Assembly (NCBI GenBank): GCA_965369325.1
Contig: CBDUQI010000005.1
Span: forward strand, 2,267-66,266
Source of the DNA: an uncultured Gammaproteobacteria bacterium
GTDB lineage: Bacteria; Pseudomonadota; Gammaproteobacteria; Steroidobacterales; JBCBZW01
Direction of reading: 5' to 3'
Length of the DNA stretch: 64,000 nt
Positions 1 to 9,987 of this stretch are shown in pieces. The notes below the pieces were generated by a model. The model did no database searches. It was not told the DNA's origin and was given only the letters and a program-made list of their open reading frames with translations. How positions within the stretch are numbered: position 1 is the first letter of the stretch; each line of letters opens with the position of its first letter. Both the position numbers and the translations under genes were made by a program.

Positions 1-901
1 AACAATCGTGCACTTCCATCAAGTCTAATTCGGTTGCAGGGCTTTTAATGCCCGCCTCGGCGTACGCCCGTTGCGCTGCTTTGGTCGTCGTTAACGTAGC
101 CGTGCCATCCCACGCACTATGCGCCATTTCCACGCCATTGCTTGCCGCCAATTGCAAACTCTTAATCGTGACCAACGGCTCGCCCGGCTCGATCAGACCA
201 TGCGCGCGCGCGATTTCCGGCGTAGTAACGATCGCGCAAGCGGCACCGTCGCTCACGCCGCAGCAGTCATAAATACCCAACGGCGAGGCGACCATCGGGG
301 CAGCCAATATCGTCTCGATCGTCGGTGTGCTATTTAAATGTGCCAGTGAATTTTTGCTGCCATTTTGATGACTCTTCCACGACACATGCGCCATCGCCCG
401 CTTAAGTTCCGGCACCGTGAGACGATACTTATCCGCATACGCCAAGGCCAACTGCGCAAAGGCGCCGGGTGCGGTAAAATTAGGCAAGTACTGATCTTCG
501 AACGACCCGTAAGTTCGTTCGGGCAACCCGCCATAGCCAGTGTCTTTAAGTTTTTCAAAGCCAATCGCAACAGCGATATCGGCCGCGCCAGCGGCGACTG
601 CATATGCGGCGCCGCGCAGCGCCTCAGTGCCCGTCGCACAGAGATTCTCAACTCGGGTGACCGGAATGTTGGGGAGGCGCAATGTCATCGAGACCGGCAA
701 CGCCGATTTGCCCTGGCTTTGCTCATCAAAGAACACGCCCACCCAAGCGGCATCGATGGCCGAACTGTCTATGCCGGCATCATCAATCGCAGCGCCGTAG
801 GCATCAATGACCAAATCATCGTAGCCTGAGCCCCAATGCTCGCCGAAACGCGTGCACCCCATACCTACGATTGCGACTTTGTCCTTTATTCCACTAGCCA
901 T
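1..901 (-). CDS. SCP-x / lipid-transfer-type thiolase (3' end lies outside the window)
   Basis: Absent from the ORF track because it runs off the window edge. My minus-strand translation from ATG 901-899 reads MASGIKDKVAIVGMGCTRFGEHWG...VENLCATGTEALR...YDCCGVSDGAAC...LMEVHDCF (thiolase-fold Cys region and C-terminal HDCF signature). The ATG overlaps the upstream gene's stop by 8 nt. Confidence 0.85.
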   Translation of the reverse strand, partial: MASGIKDKVAIVGMGCTRFGEHWGSGYDDLVIDAYGAAIDDAGIDSSAIDAAWVGVFFDEQSQGKSALPVSMTLRLPNIPVTRVENLCATGTEALRGAAYAVAAGAADIAVAIGFEKLKDTGYGGLPERTYGSFEDQYLPNFTAPGAFAQLALAYADKYRLTVPELKRAMAHVSWKSHQNGSKNSLAHLNSTPTIETILAAPMVASPLGIYDCCGVSDGAACAIVTTPEIARAHGLIEPGEPLVTIKSLQLAASNGVEMAHSAWDGTATLTTTKAAQRAYAEAGIKSPATELDLMEVHDC

Positions 902-2381
902 GATCGTCACTGCTCTGCGAAGCAGATATGCTGTGCATCGGCGCGGGCTTCCAAAAGTAGCGCCGAAATCCTCGCAAGTCATCGTAGTCTTTGATCCGAA
1001 AGTGCATAGACATGGAAGCACCAATCGACAGCGACCCCGGCGCGACGTCGGTGAATTCCAAAAACGCATTTCCGCCACCTTCAAACGCTATGTTGCCGTA
1101 ACACAGCGGCGGTGCAGGGGTTACTGACTGCCAGTCTTCGGTAAACGTCTTTATGCGCGCACCGCGGTGCGCGAACGCATACGGTGTCATTTGATCCGTG
1201 GCACCACAGGCAACACACACCCGCGCTGAGGGGAAGTGCGGCGTGTCGCACTTGGTACAGCAACTGCCACGCATCTCATTGATATCATGGTGGCGCCGGG
1301 CATGCACAGACAAAGCCGTCCGTTTATCGGCCTCCGCGCGTATACCCTGATCTGCTTCAAGCATCCGTGAGAACGCCGGCAACTTCAGATAGTCAGTAAG
1401 CATCTCGCCGTTGCCGAGTTGCTCTGCAACACTCACTTCCGGTCGCGCCGCTTTCAGCGCCGAAGTGGTGCGAAAAAGTGCCACATCGCAACCCTGACCG
1501 AAACCGACAACAGCGATAATCTGATCGGGCTCCGCGATCTCCAACGTCGCCGCCAGCTTGAGCAGCACCGCCCCGGCGCCCACCTCGCCAATTTCCATAT
1601 GCAAGTCGCGCCCAAGCACTGGTGGTGGCAGCTTCAGTGCTTGACACAGTTTCTGGGCGTGGTGGGTCGGAACATCGAGCACCACATGATGGAGCTGGGC
1701 CGTGGTCAAGCCGGCGTCATCGAGTGCGCGATGTAACACATCAGGCACGATCTTCATCACACCCATATCGCGTATCCACCTGTCTTCCAACAAATAATCT
1801 TTGCCGTGGGCTGCTGCACGAAACTGATGCACAAAATCACGATTAACCGAGTGACACCCCAGCAATTCAGCGGCACCATCACCGCGGCCAAGGATCACCG
1901 CGGCCGACGCATCGCCATAGCGCAGTTCGGCAGCGCTCGCGGTACACGCTACGCGACGATCGGCACCTACAATCACCGCCCTGGCGGGCATATTGACTGA
2001 CGCCAATCCGGCGGATGCCGCCAGCATGGCGGTGGTCGCCGCGCGTTGACTGCCGCCAACGTCCTGGGCCAGTACGGTGTTATCCAACCCCGCCGCAGCC
2101 GCCAGCAGGCCAACGTTGGAGCGATCCGCAAAGGGCGCTGTGGTGGTCGCGAAACTGATTGACCCAACCGGCTGGTCAGAGATTGGCAATGCGCGCACCG
2201 CCTCGACGGCCATGGTAATCGCGTCTTCGTCCCAATTGGCAACCGACCGCTGCCCTTTAGCGTACTTGGCCGCCGGATTCAGCCAAACCGTTTGTGCGGC
2301 AATAGTCGCCCGCGCCATTCGAGACCTTGGCACATAACTACTCCACCCATGAATACCGACAGATTTACTCACATCGCCCAC
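894..2381 (-). CDS. HMG-CoA-synthase-like (thiolase-fold) domain fused to a DUF35 zinc-ribbon/OB-fold domain
   Basis: 495-aa ORF. The N-terminal ~350 aa align by eye with archaeal HMG-CoA synthase (VGIHGWSSYVP..., DEDAITMAVEA...). The C-terminus carries CTKC...CVAC (a Cys4 zinc ribbon) followed by an OB-like segment typical of DUF35. Confidence 0.75.
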   Translation of the reverse strand: MGDVSKSVGIHGWSSYVPRSRMARATIAAQTVWLNPAAKYAKGQRSVANWDEDAITMAVEAVRALPISDQPVGSISFATTTAPFADRSNVGLLAAAAGLDNTVLAQDVGGSQRAATTAMLAASAGLASVNMPARAVIVGADRRVACTASAAELRYGDASAAVILGRGDGAAELLGCHSVNRDFVHQFRAAAHGKDYLLEDRWIRDMGVMKIVPDVLHRALDDAGLTTAQLHHVVLDVPTHHAQKLCQALKLPPPVLGRDLHMEIGEVGAGAVLLKLAATLEIAEPDQIIAVVGFGQGCDVALFRTTSALKAARPEVSVAEQLGNGEMLTDYLKLPAFSRMLEADQGIRAEADKRTALSVHARRHHDINEMRGSCCTKCDTPHFPSARVCVACGATDQMTPYAFAHRGARIKTFTEDWQSVTPAPPLCYGNIAFEGGGNAFLEFTDVAPGSLSIGASMSMHFRIKDYDDLRGFRRYFWKPAPMHSISASQSSDDHG

Positions 2382-2438
2382 GATAGGTTTCTGTTACCCG
2401 AATATCGGCCCACTTTGCACCCACTCACAGCTCTGGCC

Positions 2439-3647
2439 CTAATCACGCACCAGGAAATCATCGAGCAGCGATTTGACCCGAACATCCGCCTCGATACGGT
2501 GCTCGCCAATACGCCTGTCCACCTCTTCATTCCAATAGTAAATGCGCCGCTCCTGATAAGACAACGTCACGCCTTGAAAACCCGCGGACTCCACGGAACG
2601 CTGGATATCCGGAGCAAATTGCAGATCCTCTTCAAGGATGCGATCCCAGTTTTCTATACGCATACCCCAACGCTCGTGCCCTTTTGATTCTTTCGGCCCA
2701 AACCAGTGGCTATCTACGATCATCGTGTTGTCACTGGTAGGCCAAAAGGTGAGAAACGGCGTTCCCGTAGACGATACCGGCGCCACCAAATTTGGAAAAA
2801 AATGGTAAGACGGATTGTGCTCGCGTTGCACCTCGGTGGCCGTGCTGATTTGTGGCATGCCCTTGGCGCCAGGATCTTGCCAGGCAGGATCCCGTTGTGG
2901 TGTCACCATCAACATGTTCCCCCCCGGATAGAGCTCAATATAAGTACCCAGATGGTTGAGAAAGCGATTGACCGTTTGTTTGTGGATGGAGGCCAGGTGA
3001 TAGGACTCCATAAAGGCATCCAGAAGCACCTTAACGTTACAGGCCACTGTGTGAGTTGAGGAGTGTATGTGGCAAATATCGTCAATCGCGAGTGTCTTCC
3101 AATGCTCGGGGAACGGCGCAATCGACTCCAGCAAAGGGCGCGCCTGCAGATCTTCGTTTACAAAAATCCAGTTACCAAATGTCTCGCAGCGCACCTGCTT
3201 GAGCTTGTAAGTACTCATATCCAACCCCGGGAAATCCCGAGGGTCGCGAACCGCCTTTAACTGCCCCTGCAGATCATAAGTCCAGGCGTGATACGGGCAG
3301 ACGAAGCGCTTGCGTTTACCGCATTGATCCTGAACCAGGGGCGCGCCACGATGCGCACAGGTGTTGTAAAACGCATTAAACTGATTCGCACCCACCCGAA
3401 CGATCAGTATCGGTGCGCCTGCACGATCCCATAAACGATAGCTTCCGATCTCTGGGAGTTCGTCACCGTGCAGGGCATACAGCCACGATGCACCCCACAT
3501 CGCTTGCTTTTCAAGAGCCAGGAAAGTCGGATCGCTATAGCGTTTTGCGGAGATCCTAGGTAACACTGGGAAGTTCTCGGGCGGACCTTCCCGATGCATC
3601 TCTTTAGCGATGCCGGCCAGAATCCGATCGTTGGTTTCCTTGTTCAT
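2439..3647 (-). CDS. Rieske [2Fe-2S] non-heme-iron oxygenase, alpha subunit
   Basis: 402 aa. Rieske motif CAHRGAPL...CPYHAWTY. The size and the absence of an adjacent beta subunit fit the alpha-only (phthalate/KshA-like) class. Confidence 0.85.
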   Translation of the reverse strand: MNKETNDRILAGIAKEMHREGPPENFPVLPRISAKRYSDPTFLALEKQAMWGASWLYALHGDELPEIGSYRLWDRAGAPILIVRVGANQFNAFYNTCAHRGAPLVQDQCGKRKRFVCPYHAWTYDLQGQLKAVRDPRDFPGLDMSTYKLKQVRCETFGNWIFVNEDLQARPLLESIAPFPEHWKTLAIDDICHIHSSTHTVACNVKVLLDAFMESYHLASIHKQTVNRFLNHLGTYIELYPGGNMLMVTPQRDPAWQDPGAKGMPQISTATEVQREHNPSYHFFPNLVAPVSSTGTPFLTFWPTSDNTMIVDSHWFGPKESKGHERWGMRIENWDRILEEDLQFAPDIQRSVESAGFQGVTLSYQERRIYYWNEEVDRRIGEHRIEADVRVKSLLDDFLVRD

Positions 3648-3705
3648 GTTCCTCGGCTAACGACGGTTCAGCTCAATAAAAGCGGGGCCCGCTAACGCTG
3701 GCTGC

Positions 3706-3993
3706 CTAGCAGACATGCTCGTAGAAGGTTAGCTGCATTTCATCGGCAAGGCTTGCGAGAATCGGCGGCACCAGACGATCATGAAACTCGGTTTGCATGT
3801 GGTGATCGAAAGCCGCCTGGTCAGTAAAGCGTGCGTAGCATACATAACTTAACGGATCGTCGGTTTGGCGGATCAATTCATAGACGATGGCATCAGGCTC
3901 ATTGTCATGGGTCAGCTGCGCCAGTTCTCGCTGGGCCTCTTCAAACTGCTTGACCATATCTTGTTTTACTTTTAGCAGTGCGATAAATACCAT
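3706..3993 (-). CDS. antibiotic-biosynthesis-monooxygenase (ABM) domain protein
   Basis: 95-aa ORF with the ferredoxin-like ABM pattern (...YELIRQTDDPLSYVCYARFTDQAAFDHHMQTEFH...). Confidence 0.65.
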   Translation of the reverse strand: MVFIALLKVKQDMVKQFEEAQRELAQLTHDNEPDAIVYELIRQTDDPLSYVCYARFTDQAAFDHHMQTEFHDRLVPPILASLADEMQLTFYEHVC

Positions 3994-4064
3994 GAAACCA
4001 CCTCACCTTTGTCGATCAGTAACTGCGGAAAAAACCCGCGGTGCGCATAATGACAATCTGCAGC

Positions 4065-5720
4065 CTAGCCCAATCCGAGTTCGACGATCAGATCCTCAGC
4101 CAACTTGAATTTCTGAATTTTTGTGGAAGACATCGGCCAAGAGTCGACAAAGCGCACATAGCGCGGCACCTTGAATTTGGCCATACAATCACGGCAATGT
4201 GCGATCAACGCGTCCTCATCGCCCGCAAATTCCGCATCTCGTTCAACAAACGCGGCGGGCACTTCCTGGTATCGCACATCCGGCACACCTACAACTTGCG
4301 CGAGGCGAACGCCGGGCACCTGTTGCAAACAGGCCTCAATCTCCGCCGCCGCGACATTTTCGCCCCCAACTTTTAGCATATCCTTCAGGCGACCGTGAAA
4401 CATCAGCTGCCCCACCTCGTCCACGGAACATATGTCGCCGGAATGGAACCAGCCATCTTCATCCAGCGCTTCAGCGGTTTTCTCGGGTGACTTGTAGTAC
4501 CGATCAAACGTACTGTAACCGCGAACTAGGCATTCGCCGCGCTCACCCGCGGTCACCTCAGCACCAGAGTCAGGGGATACAATTTTAACTTCCAGACCGG
4601 GGAGCGGCTCACCCAAGCGAGTGAACCGTTGCTCACGGGTATCATCCGGGCGCCCGGTGGTGACGGTGCCGGCCGTTTCTGTCATCCCAAATGTGCCCAC
4701 GTAACAAATATTGGGCATCGCGCCTTCCATCGACTGAGCGACCTGGTCCGGTTGCACTGCAAAATTCGCGTTCATCAATCGTATTGCACTGAGATCTGTG
4801 TCGGCAAAATCAGGGTGTTGTACCAGATCTCCCATAATGGTCCAGAAACAAGGATAGGTGAGCGTCACTTTCTCGGTTTCTAGCATTTTCAACGCTTCGC
4901 CAGGTTCAAAATGCTCGGCTGTCACATAGGTTCCGCATTGATCGAATATGGAGACCAATGGCAGTACGGCAGCGATATGAAACATCGGCAACGGCGACCA
5001 GAAAGAATCGTTGGGTCCCACCTGATAGCGGCGCCCAAGCGCGATACTGCTGCGTACCATTGACTCGTGAGAAATCATGCAGCCTTTCGGATTAGCCGTG
5101 GTACCCGAGGTATAGAGAATCAGCGCGATGGAGCCAAGCCTTGTTTGTAGTCGACGCACGTGCACCTGGTCTTCGTCAATCGTGTCGCCCTGAGCCAAAA
5201 ACGCCCCTCGATTGACCAGGCCCGATACATCCGCTCCGGACAACGACACGACACAACGTAACAATGGCGTGTCGGGCAGTTGCAGCGGCTTGGAGGACTC
5301 CGCCCCATCCAACCCCGGCAGGGCGGTTTTTAGTCGGTCAACAAAATCCACTGCCTCAATGAATTTGTTAGATGTAATAACGGCTTTCAGGTCTGCGTTC
5401 TCGACCACATACGCGATTTCTCGCGGATGAAAACGTGCGTTGATCGGAACCACCACCGCACCCAGCAGGCTGATGCCAAACATGGCGTCAAGAAATTCAG
5501 CGCAAGTGGGCAACAACAGACCCACATGATCGCCCTTGCCAAGGCCTTGCGCGCGCAAACTCCTGGCCACACGTATGGCGCGCGCCGCCAGTTCAGCGTA
5601 GGTAATGCGTTGTTCCGGGAAAATGACGGCTGTGTGCTCGGGCGCGGCGTCCGCCGCCGTTAGCAACAGGTCCCCTAACGTGGTGGCTCTGACTCGGCTG
5701 GACTTCAGATCATCGCTCAT
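4065..5720 (-). CDS. AMP-dependent acyl-CoA synthetase/ligase
   Basis: The ORF is 4065..5774. Adenylate-forming motifs YTSGTTANPKG, GMTE and SGD...GRLKDMLKVGGENV are present. I prefer the start MSDDLKS at 5720, 13 nt after the upstream gene's stop. Confidence 0.85.
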   Translation of the reverse strand: MSDDLKSSRVRATTLGDLLLTAADAAPEHTAVIFPEQRITYAELAARAIRVARSLRAQGLGKGDHVGLLLPTCAEFLDAMFGISLLGAVVVPINARFHPREIAYVVENADLKAVITSNKFIEAVDFVDRLKTALPGLDGAESSKPLQLPDTPLLRCVVSLSGADVSGLVNRGAFLAQGDTIDEDQVHVRRLQTRLGSIALILYTSGTTANPKGCMISHESMVRSSIALGRRYQVGPNDSFWSPLPMFHIAAVLPLVSIFDQCGTYVTAEHFEPGEALKMLETEKVTLTYPCFWTIMGDLVQHPDFADTDLSAIRLMNANFAVQPDQVAQSMEGAMPNICYVGTFGMTETAGTVTTGRPDDTREQRFTRLGEPLPGLEVKIVSPDSGAEVTAGERGECLVRGYSTFDRYYKSPEKTAEALDEDGWFHSGDICSVDEVGQLMFHGRLKDMLKVGGENVAAAEIEACLQQVPGVRLAQVVGVPDVRYQEVPAAFVERDAEFAGDEDALIAHCRDCMAKFKVPRYVRFVDSWPMSSTKIQKFKLAEDLIVELGLG

Positions 5721-5733
5721 GGCTTTACGCGGG

Positions 5734-6024
5734 TCACTCAATGGTATCCAGGTACTCTCGCACGTACGGCCCATCCAGGCATTCGATCATGGGTGGCGCA
5801 TATTGCTTGAAATGCGGCGTGTTCAAGTGCCGCTCTTCGGCCGCCTCATCAGTGAACGACTCGTATACGGCATACCCCATCTGCGTGTCGCGCAGTTTAT
5901 AGAATTGATACTGAAGCGTATCCGGTTCCAAGGCACGTACCGCTTCGGTCAGCTTGTGCACAAGCTCAATATACTCCGCTTCCTTTTCAGGCTTTACAGT
6001 CATACGCGATAAAAAGGTAATCAC
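5734..6024 (-). CDS. ABM-domain monooxygenase-like protein
   Basis: 96 aa, MITFLSRMTVKPEKEAEY...YQFYKLRDTQMGYAVYESFTDEAAEERHLNTPHF. This is a second ABM paralogue flanking the ligase. Confidence 0.65.
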   Translation of the reverse strand: MITFLSRMTVKPEKEAEYIELVHKLTEAVRALEPDTLQYQFYKLRDTQMGYAVYESFTDEAAEERHLNTPHFKQYAPPMIECLDGPYVREYLDTIE

Positions 6025-6081
6025 TACTCGCTCCCGAGATCTTTAAGGCTCCATCAGGATGGTATCATCGACTCACCAAAC

Positions 6082-6101
6082 AAAACAGTCATGACTGTTT
6101 T
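6082..6101. promoter_or_regulatory. perfect 20-bp palindrome AAAACAGTCATGACTGTTTT in a divergent promoter region (candidate operator)
   Basis: Read directly from the sequence. It lies in the 149-bp AT-rich gap between the divergent operons starting at 6024 (-) and 6174 (+). Related copies sit at 7524 and 13220. Confidence 0.5.
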
Positions 6102-6173
6102 TTTATGTTGCAAAATAATCCCTCTGTGATCTAGAGTGAGGGCCACCCAAACCATCCGGACCTGCGGCCATTC

Positions 6174-6515
6174 ATGCCCTCACCCATTTTCAAAACTATC
6201 GCCAATATCGCTGATGTACCGGACAAGCGCCCACTGTGCGTTGCCCTAGACGGAGTGTCCATTGCCATTTGCAAAGTAAAAGAATCCGTCTTCGCCGTGT
6301 CTAACCAATGCACTCATGCACAGGCTACGTTTGAGGAGGGGCGTATTCGCGGCTACCGGCTTGTGTGCCCCTTACACGGCGCGATGTTTGACCTGCGCTC
6401 CGGCGAACCTAATGGCACGTTAGCGAAACAACCATTAAAGACGTTTCCGATACGCGTTGATCCTGATGGCTCAATCGAAATAGACACGAGCAATCTGTCG
6501 GGCAACGCTCAATGA
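6174..6515 (+). CDS. Rieske-type [2Fe-2S] ferredoxin component of an oxygenase system
   Basis: 113 aa with CTHAQATF...CPLHGAMFD (CxH...CxxH). Confidence 0.85.
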   Translation: MPSPIFKTIANIADVPDKRPLCVALDGVSIAICKVKESVFAVSNQCTHAQATFEEGRIRGYRLVCPLHGAMFDLRSGEPNGTLAKQPLKTFPIRVDPDGSIEIDTSNLSGNAQ

Positions 6516-6529
6516 CACCGCTGATGTGC

Positions 6530-7480
6530 TCAATCGAGTTTGTGTATTTGGTATCCGGATCTGGGAAAGTGCGTATTCACCAATCCCACCTGCGGGTGCG
6601 CACGCCGCAAGGTAATCTGACGATGATTCAGTCCGAGCAGCTCGCCTGCCACATCCACTGCCCCATAGTCGGTCGGAACCACACACACCTGATCACCGGA
6701 TTTAAGCGCCTCGGGGTTGCTCATCACCTCTAAAGCCGGCTGCGGCGAACTGTTGAGCGCAACCTTTAGCGCCTGCTCGGCGGAAATCTCCCGCTTATGA
6801 CCATGACCAATCTGCTCCATGCGCTCACTCCAACGTAGCGTCTTCGTGAAAGGCCTCAGGTGCTCGTCTATTGCGGGCACATTGGCTCGCGCCATCCACA
6901 ATGGGAAGTATCCAAAAATGTCGATTGCATTCGGTTGTGCGCCCGTCATAAACGCTCGCCCATCATCAAACTGCCACTCCAACAGTTCCATTTGCGCCAG
7001 AAACTGCCCCAGCATGTGCGCACTTAGTGTTTGCAGTTTGGAAAAATCCATAAAATTAAAAAACGCCGAGCGATCTTTTATCACCTCATCAGGCACATGC
7101 GGATTAAGCGCCATGGACAACGCCGCCCCAGGCTCAAAAAAAGTCTGATCGGACCAACGCGACAGCGCCAGGCCAAGCCCGGCCGAACCTGCAGGAAACA
7201 ACGCGCGCTCACCTGTCGCTCGATCCAGAACTCGCAAAATAAGTGAAGTGTCACAATAGATGTCAGCGCCTATTTGCAGCACCGGGGTCTTGCGATAGCC
7301 GCCGGTCAGCGGCATTAGCAACGGTTTCGGCATAATCATCGGAATCTCAACCGAGCACCATTCAAGTGATTTCACGCCCATGGCAAGGCGCGCTTTCTCT
7401 GCGAATGGCGAGCTGTCAAAATGATGTAGGATCAACTTCCGCACGTCTGTCGAGCACCTCTGCAGATCGATTATATCCAA
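6530..7480 (-). CDS. glutathione S-transferase-like protein
   Basis: 316 aa. The N-terminal thioredoxin-like GST pattern is LILHHFDSSPFAEKARLAMGVKSLEW...YRKTPVLQIGADIYCDTSLI. Confidence 0.65.
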   Translation of the reverse strand: MDIIDLQRCSTDVRKLILHHFDSSPFAEKARLAMGVKSLEWCSVEIPMIMPKPLLMPLTGGYRKTPVLQIGADIYCDTSLILRVLDRATGERALFPAGSAGLGLALSRWSDQTFFEPGAALSMALNPHVPDEVIKDRSAFFNFMDFSKLQTLSAHMLGQFLAQMELLEWQFDDGRAFMTGAQPNAIDIFGYFPLWMARANVPAIDEHLRPFTKTLRWSERMEQIGHGHKREISAEQALKVALNSSPQPALEVMSNPEALKSGDQVCVVPTDYGAVDVAGELLGLNHRQITLRRAHPQVGLVNTHFPRSGYQIHKLD

Positions 7481-7523
7481 AAATACAGTAACTTAAGCCA
7501 GCGGCACGTTGAATTCAACAAAT

Positions 7524-7543
7524 TAAACAGTCTTGATTGTTTA
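7524..7543. promoter_or_regulatory. imperfect palindrome TAAACAGTCTTGATTGTTTA (second copy of the candidate operator), next to the perfect 12-bp palindrome GTTGAATTCAAC at 7508-7519
   Basis: Read directly from the sequence. It lies in the divergent gap between the GST-like gene (-) and the SDR/Rieske operon (+). Confidence 0.45.
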
Positions 7544-7675
7544 TTTTTTGAAGTGCCGCTCCTATACTTTGAGAACATACACCAGTTCAGTTGGGGACAC
7601 CCGCTGGATCGACGCCGTTGGCGCTTGCCGGCGCCGCTAGTTCGGCAATGCATCCTGGGCCTTGGAACACCATCT

Positions 7676-8566
7676 ATGAGCAAACCATCCTCAAGCCAGG
7701 AAACTGCAACGTCTCAAACTCATTGGGGGTTCAGCGATGAGGAGCTTGCGAACTACCCCCTGGTGTACCGTGAGGATCTGTTCGCCAACCAAACGGTTGT
7801 CGTGTCGGGTGGTGGGTCCGGCATTGGCAAAGCCATTGCGTTTCTGTTCGCCCGCCTCGGCGCCAACGTGGCTATTTGTGGCCGCACCGCGAGCAAGCTC
7901 GAACATACTCAGACCGCGATAAAAAGGCATGTAGGTTCGGCCATCCACACGATGGAGATGAACATTCGCCAACCCGATCTGGTAGACACTTTTCTGGATC
8001 AGGTGTGCGAGCGTTTCGGCGGGATTGATTTTCTGATCAACAATGCCGGCGGGCAGTTTCCTCAACCGGCGATCGATTTTTCGGCCAACGGCTGGAACGC
8101 CGTCATCGACACCAATTTGAACGGCACCTGGTACATGATGCAGAACGCGGCCAAACGCTGGCGCGATGAGAAGCGCGGTGGCAGCATCGTGAACGTTGTC
8201 GCCAATGTTCAGCGCGGCATGCCTCAGGTGGCACACACTTGTGCTGCCCGCGCTGGCGTCATATACCTGAGCAAATCAGTGTCCACGGAATGGGCGCCGC
8301 TTGGCATTCGTGTCAACTGCGTCTCGCCTGGCGCTATCGAAAGCGAAGGCTTTCATGTGTATCACCCCGACGTCGCAGAGCGCTTCAAAGACAGCAATCC
8401 GATGCGAACGCTGGGCGACGTGTATGACATTGCCCAGTCGATCGCCTACATTTGCGCACCCAGTGGCAAATTCATCACTGGTGAGGTTATTACCGTCGAT
8501 GGTGGCAACAATCAATGGGGCGACACTTGGCCCGGTGGCGTCCCGGAACACTTCAAGGTGACCTAG
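7676..8566 (+). CDS. short-chain dehydrogenase/reductase, dienoyl-/enoyl-CoA-reductase-like subgroup
   Basis: The ORF is 7553..8566, and I prefer the ATG at 7676 (MSKPSS). It has the motif VVVSGGGSGIGKAIA. AHTCAARAGVIYLSK resembles the SAAKAGV motif of DECR/PECR-type SDRs. Confidence 0.8.
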   Translation: MSKPSSSQETATSQTHWGFSDEELANYPLVYREDLFANQTVVVSGGGSGIGKAIAFLFARLGANVAICGRTASKLEHTQTAIKRHVGSAIHTMEMNIRQPDLVDTFLDQVCERFGGIDFLINNAGGQFPQPAIDFSANGWNAVIDTNLNGTWYMMQNAAKRWRDEKRGGSIVNVVANVQRGMPQVAHTCAARAGVIYLSKSVSTEWAPLGIRVNCVSPGAIESEGFHVYHPDVAERFKDSNPMRTLGDVYDIAQSIAYICAPSGKFITGEVITVDGGNNQWGDTWPGGVPEHFKVT

Positions 8567-8592
8567 CAGTCCCTACAACCCCGGAGATTTTC

Positions 8593-9954
8593 ATGGCTGG
8601 GAACACTAAACCCCAACCTGTTATCAATCCTGACGCGCCCGAGAACTCACTAGAGGCGAAACAGCCCTATGTTGACAACGGCACGACTCGGGTTGATGCG
8701 GCTCGCTTTTATTGCACACACTACATGCAGAAGGAACGTGAACATCTTTGGCTGAAGGTGTGGCAAATTGCAGGGGTGGAGTCCGACATCCCCGAAGCCG
8801 GGGACTATTTTGTCTACACCATACTGCACGAGCAAATTCTCGTCGTTCGACAACAGGATCGCTCCGTGCGAGCGTTCTACAATGTCTGCCCGCACCGAGG
8901 CAATCGGCTGGTGCACAACAAATGCGGCGCGGCCAACAGCTTTACCTGCTCATTTCATTCCTGGAATTTTGGTCTTGACGGTGCACTCGGCACTATCACC
9001 GATCAAGAGACGTTTCGCGATGAAGTCATCCAACATCGCCCCGGGCTAAAACCGGTGCACTGCGAAACGCTCGCGGGCATCGTATTCATCAACTTGCAGG
9101 ACAAACCGCCGCCGCTTCGAGAGCGCATCGGCCTGCCCAACGGCTACCTTGAGGCCTATCAGCTGGACAAAATGAACGTCGTGCGCCACGTCGTCAGCGA
9201 ATGGGCCGCGAACTGGAAAACCGGCGTCGATGCGTTTTACGAAAGCTACCATCTGCACGCGGTTCACCCGGAAACTCAGCCGGTGATGGGCGACCTGAAC
9301 GTGCAGTACGATCTTTATCCCTACGGTGCCAGCCGCATGATCGTGCCGCTGGCGCAGGTAAGCCCGCGCGTGGCGGATCAAACCAGCGTGAACGACGGAC
9401 TCCAGTACATGCTGGGCGACGCCGGCATTGATCCGGCCGCCTACGTCGGCGATGCCGCTGGCGTACGACGCGCGATACAAGCCGCTAAACGACAGCGCGC
9501 CGACCTCGTCGGACTTGACTACTCTGCTCTGACAGACGGGCAACTGACCGACAGCTGGGCCACGGGGATCTTTCCAAACGTCCAGATCGGCTTACATCCG
9601 GAAGGGGCATTTCTGATGCGCTTTATGCCCCACGCCACCGACCCGGAAAAATTCTACTACGACACCATGACCCTTTATCGCTACGTGGACGATCCCGGAT
9701 TCAACGCGCCAGCCTGGATGGGGATACCTGAGGGCACCGATCTTACCGGCGAAGACCGGCCCGACACAGAATACGTGCCGCTTGGTACCCCGCCGAATCT
9801 CGGCCTGGTGCTCGATCAGGATTCCGATCTATTACCTGTTGTGCAGGAAGGCATTCGGTCCGCCGGTTTTGACGGTCCGCTTTGGGGCGAGCAAGAGCAG
9901 CGTTTAAGGCATTTTCATGTTGAGCTTGATCGCTACCTCAACGATGAACGATGA
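8593..9954 (+). CDS. Rieske [2Fe-2S] non-heme-iron oxygenase, alpha subunit (second paralogue)
   Basis: The ORF is 8515..9954, with a likely start MAGNTKPQ at 8593. Rieske motif CPHRGNRL...CSFHSWNF. Confidence 0.85.
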   Translation: MAGNTKPQPVINPDAPENSLEAKQPYVDNGTTRVDAARFYCTHYMQKEREHLWLKVWQIAGVESDIPEAGDYFVYTILHEQILVVRQQDRSVRAFYNVCPHRGNRLVHNKCGAANSFTCSFHSWNFGLDGALGTITDQETFRDEVIQHRPGLKPVHCETLAGIVFINLQDKPPPLRERIGLPNGYLEAYQLDKMNVVRHVVSEWAANWKTGVDAFYESYHLHAVHPETQPVMGDLNVQYDLYPYGASRMIVPLAQVSPRVADQTSVNDGLQYMLGDAGIDPAAYVGDAAGVRRAIQAAKRQRADLVGLDYSALTDGQLTDSWATGIFPNVQIGLHPEGAFLMRFMPHATDPEKFYYDTMTLYRYVDDPGFNAPAWMGIPEGTDLTGEDRPDTEYVPLGTPPNLGLVLDQDSDLLPVVQEGIRSAGFDGPLWGEQEQRLRHFHVELDRYLNDER

Positions 9955-9987
9955 ATGAGAGGCGTGCGCGAGGCAGGCCGAGCACAG

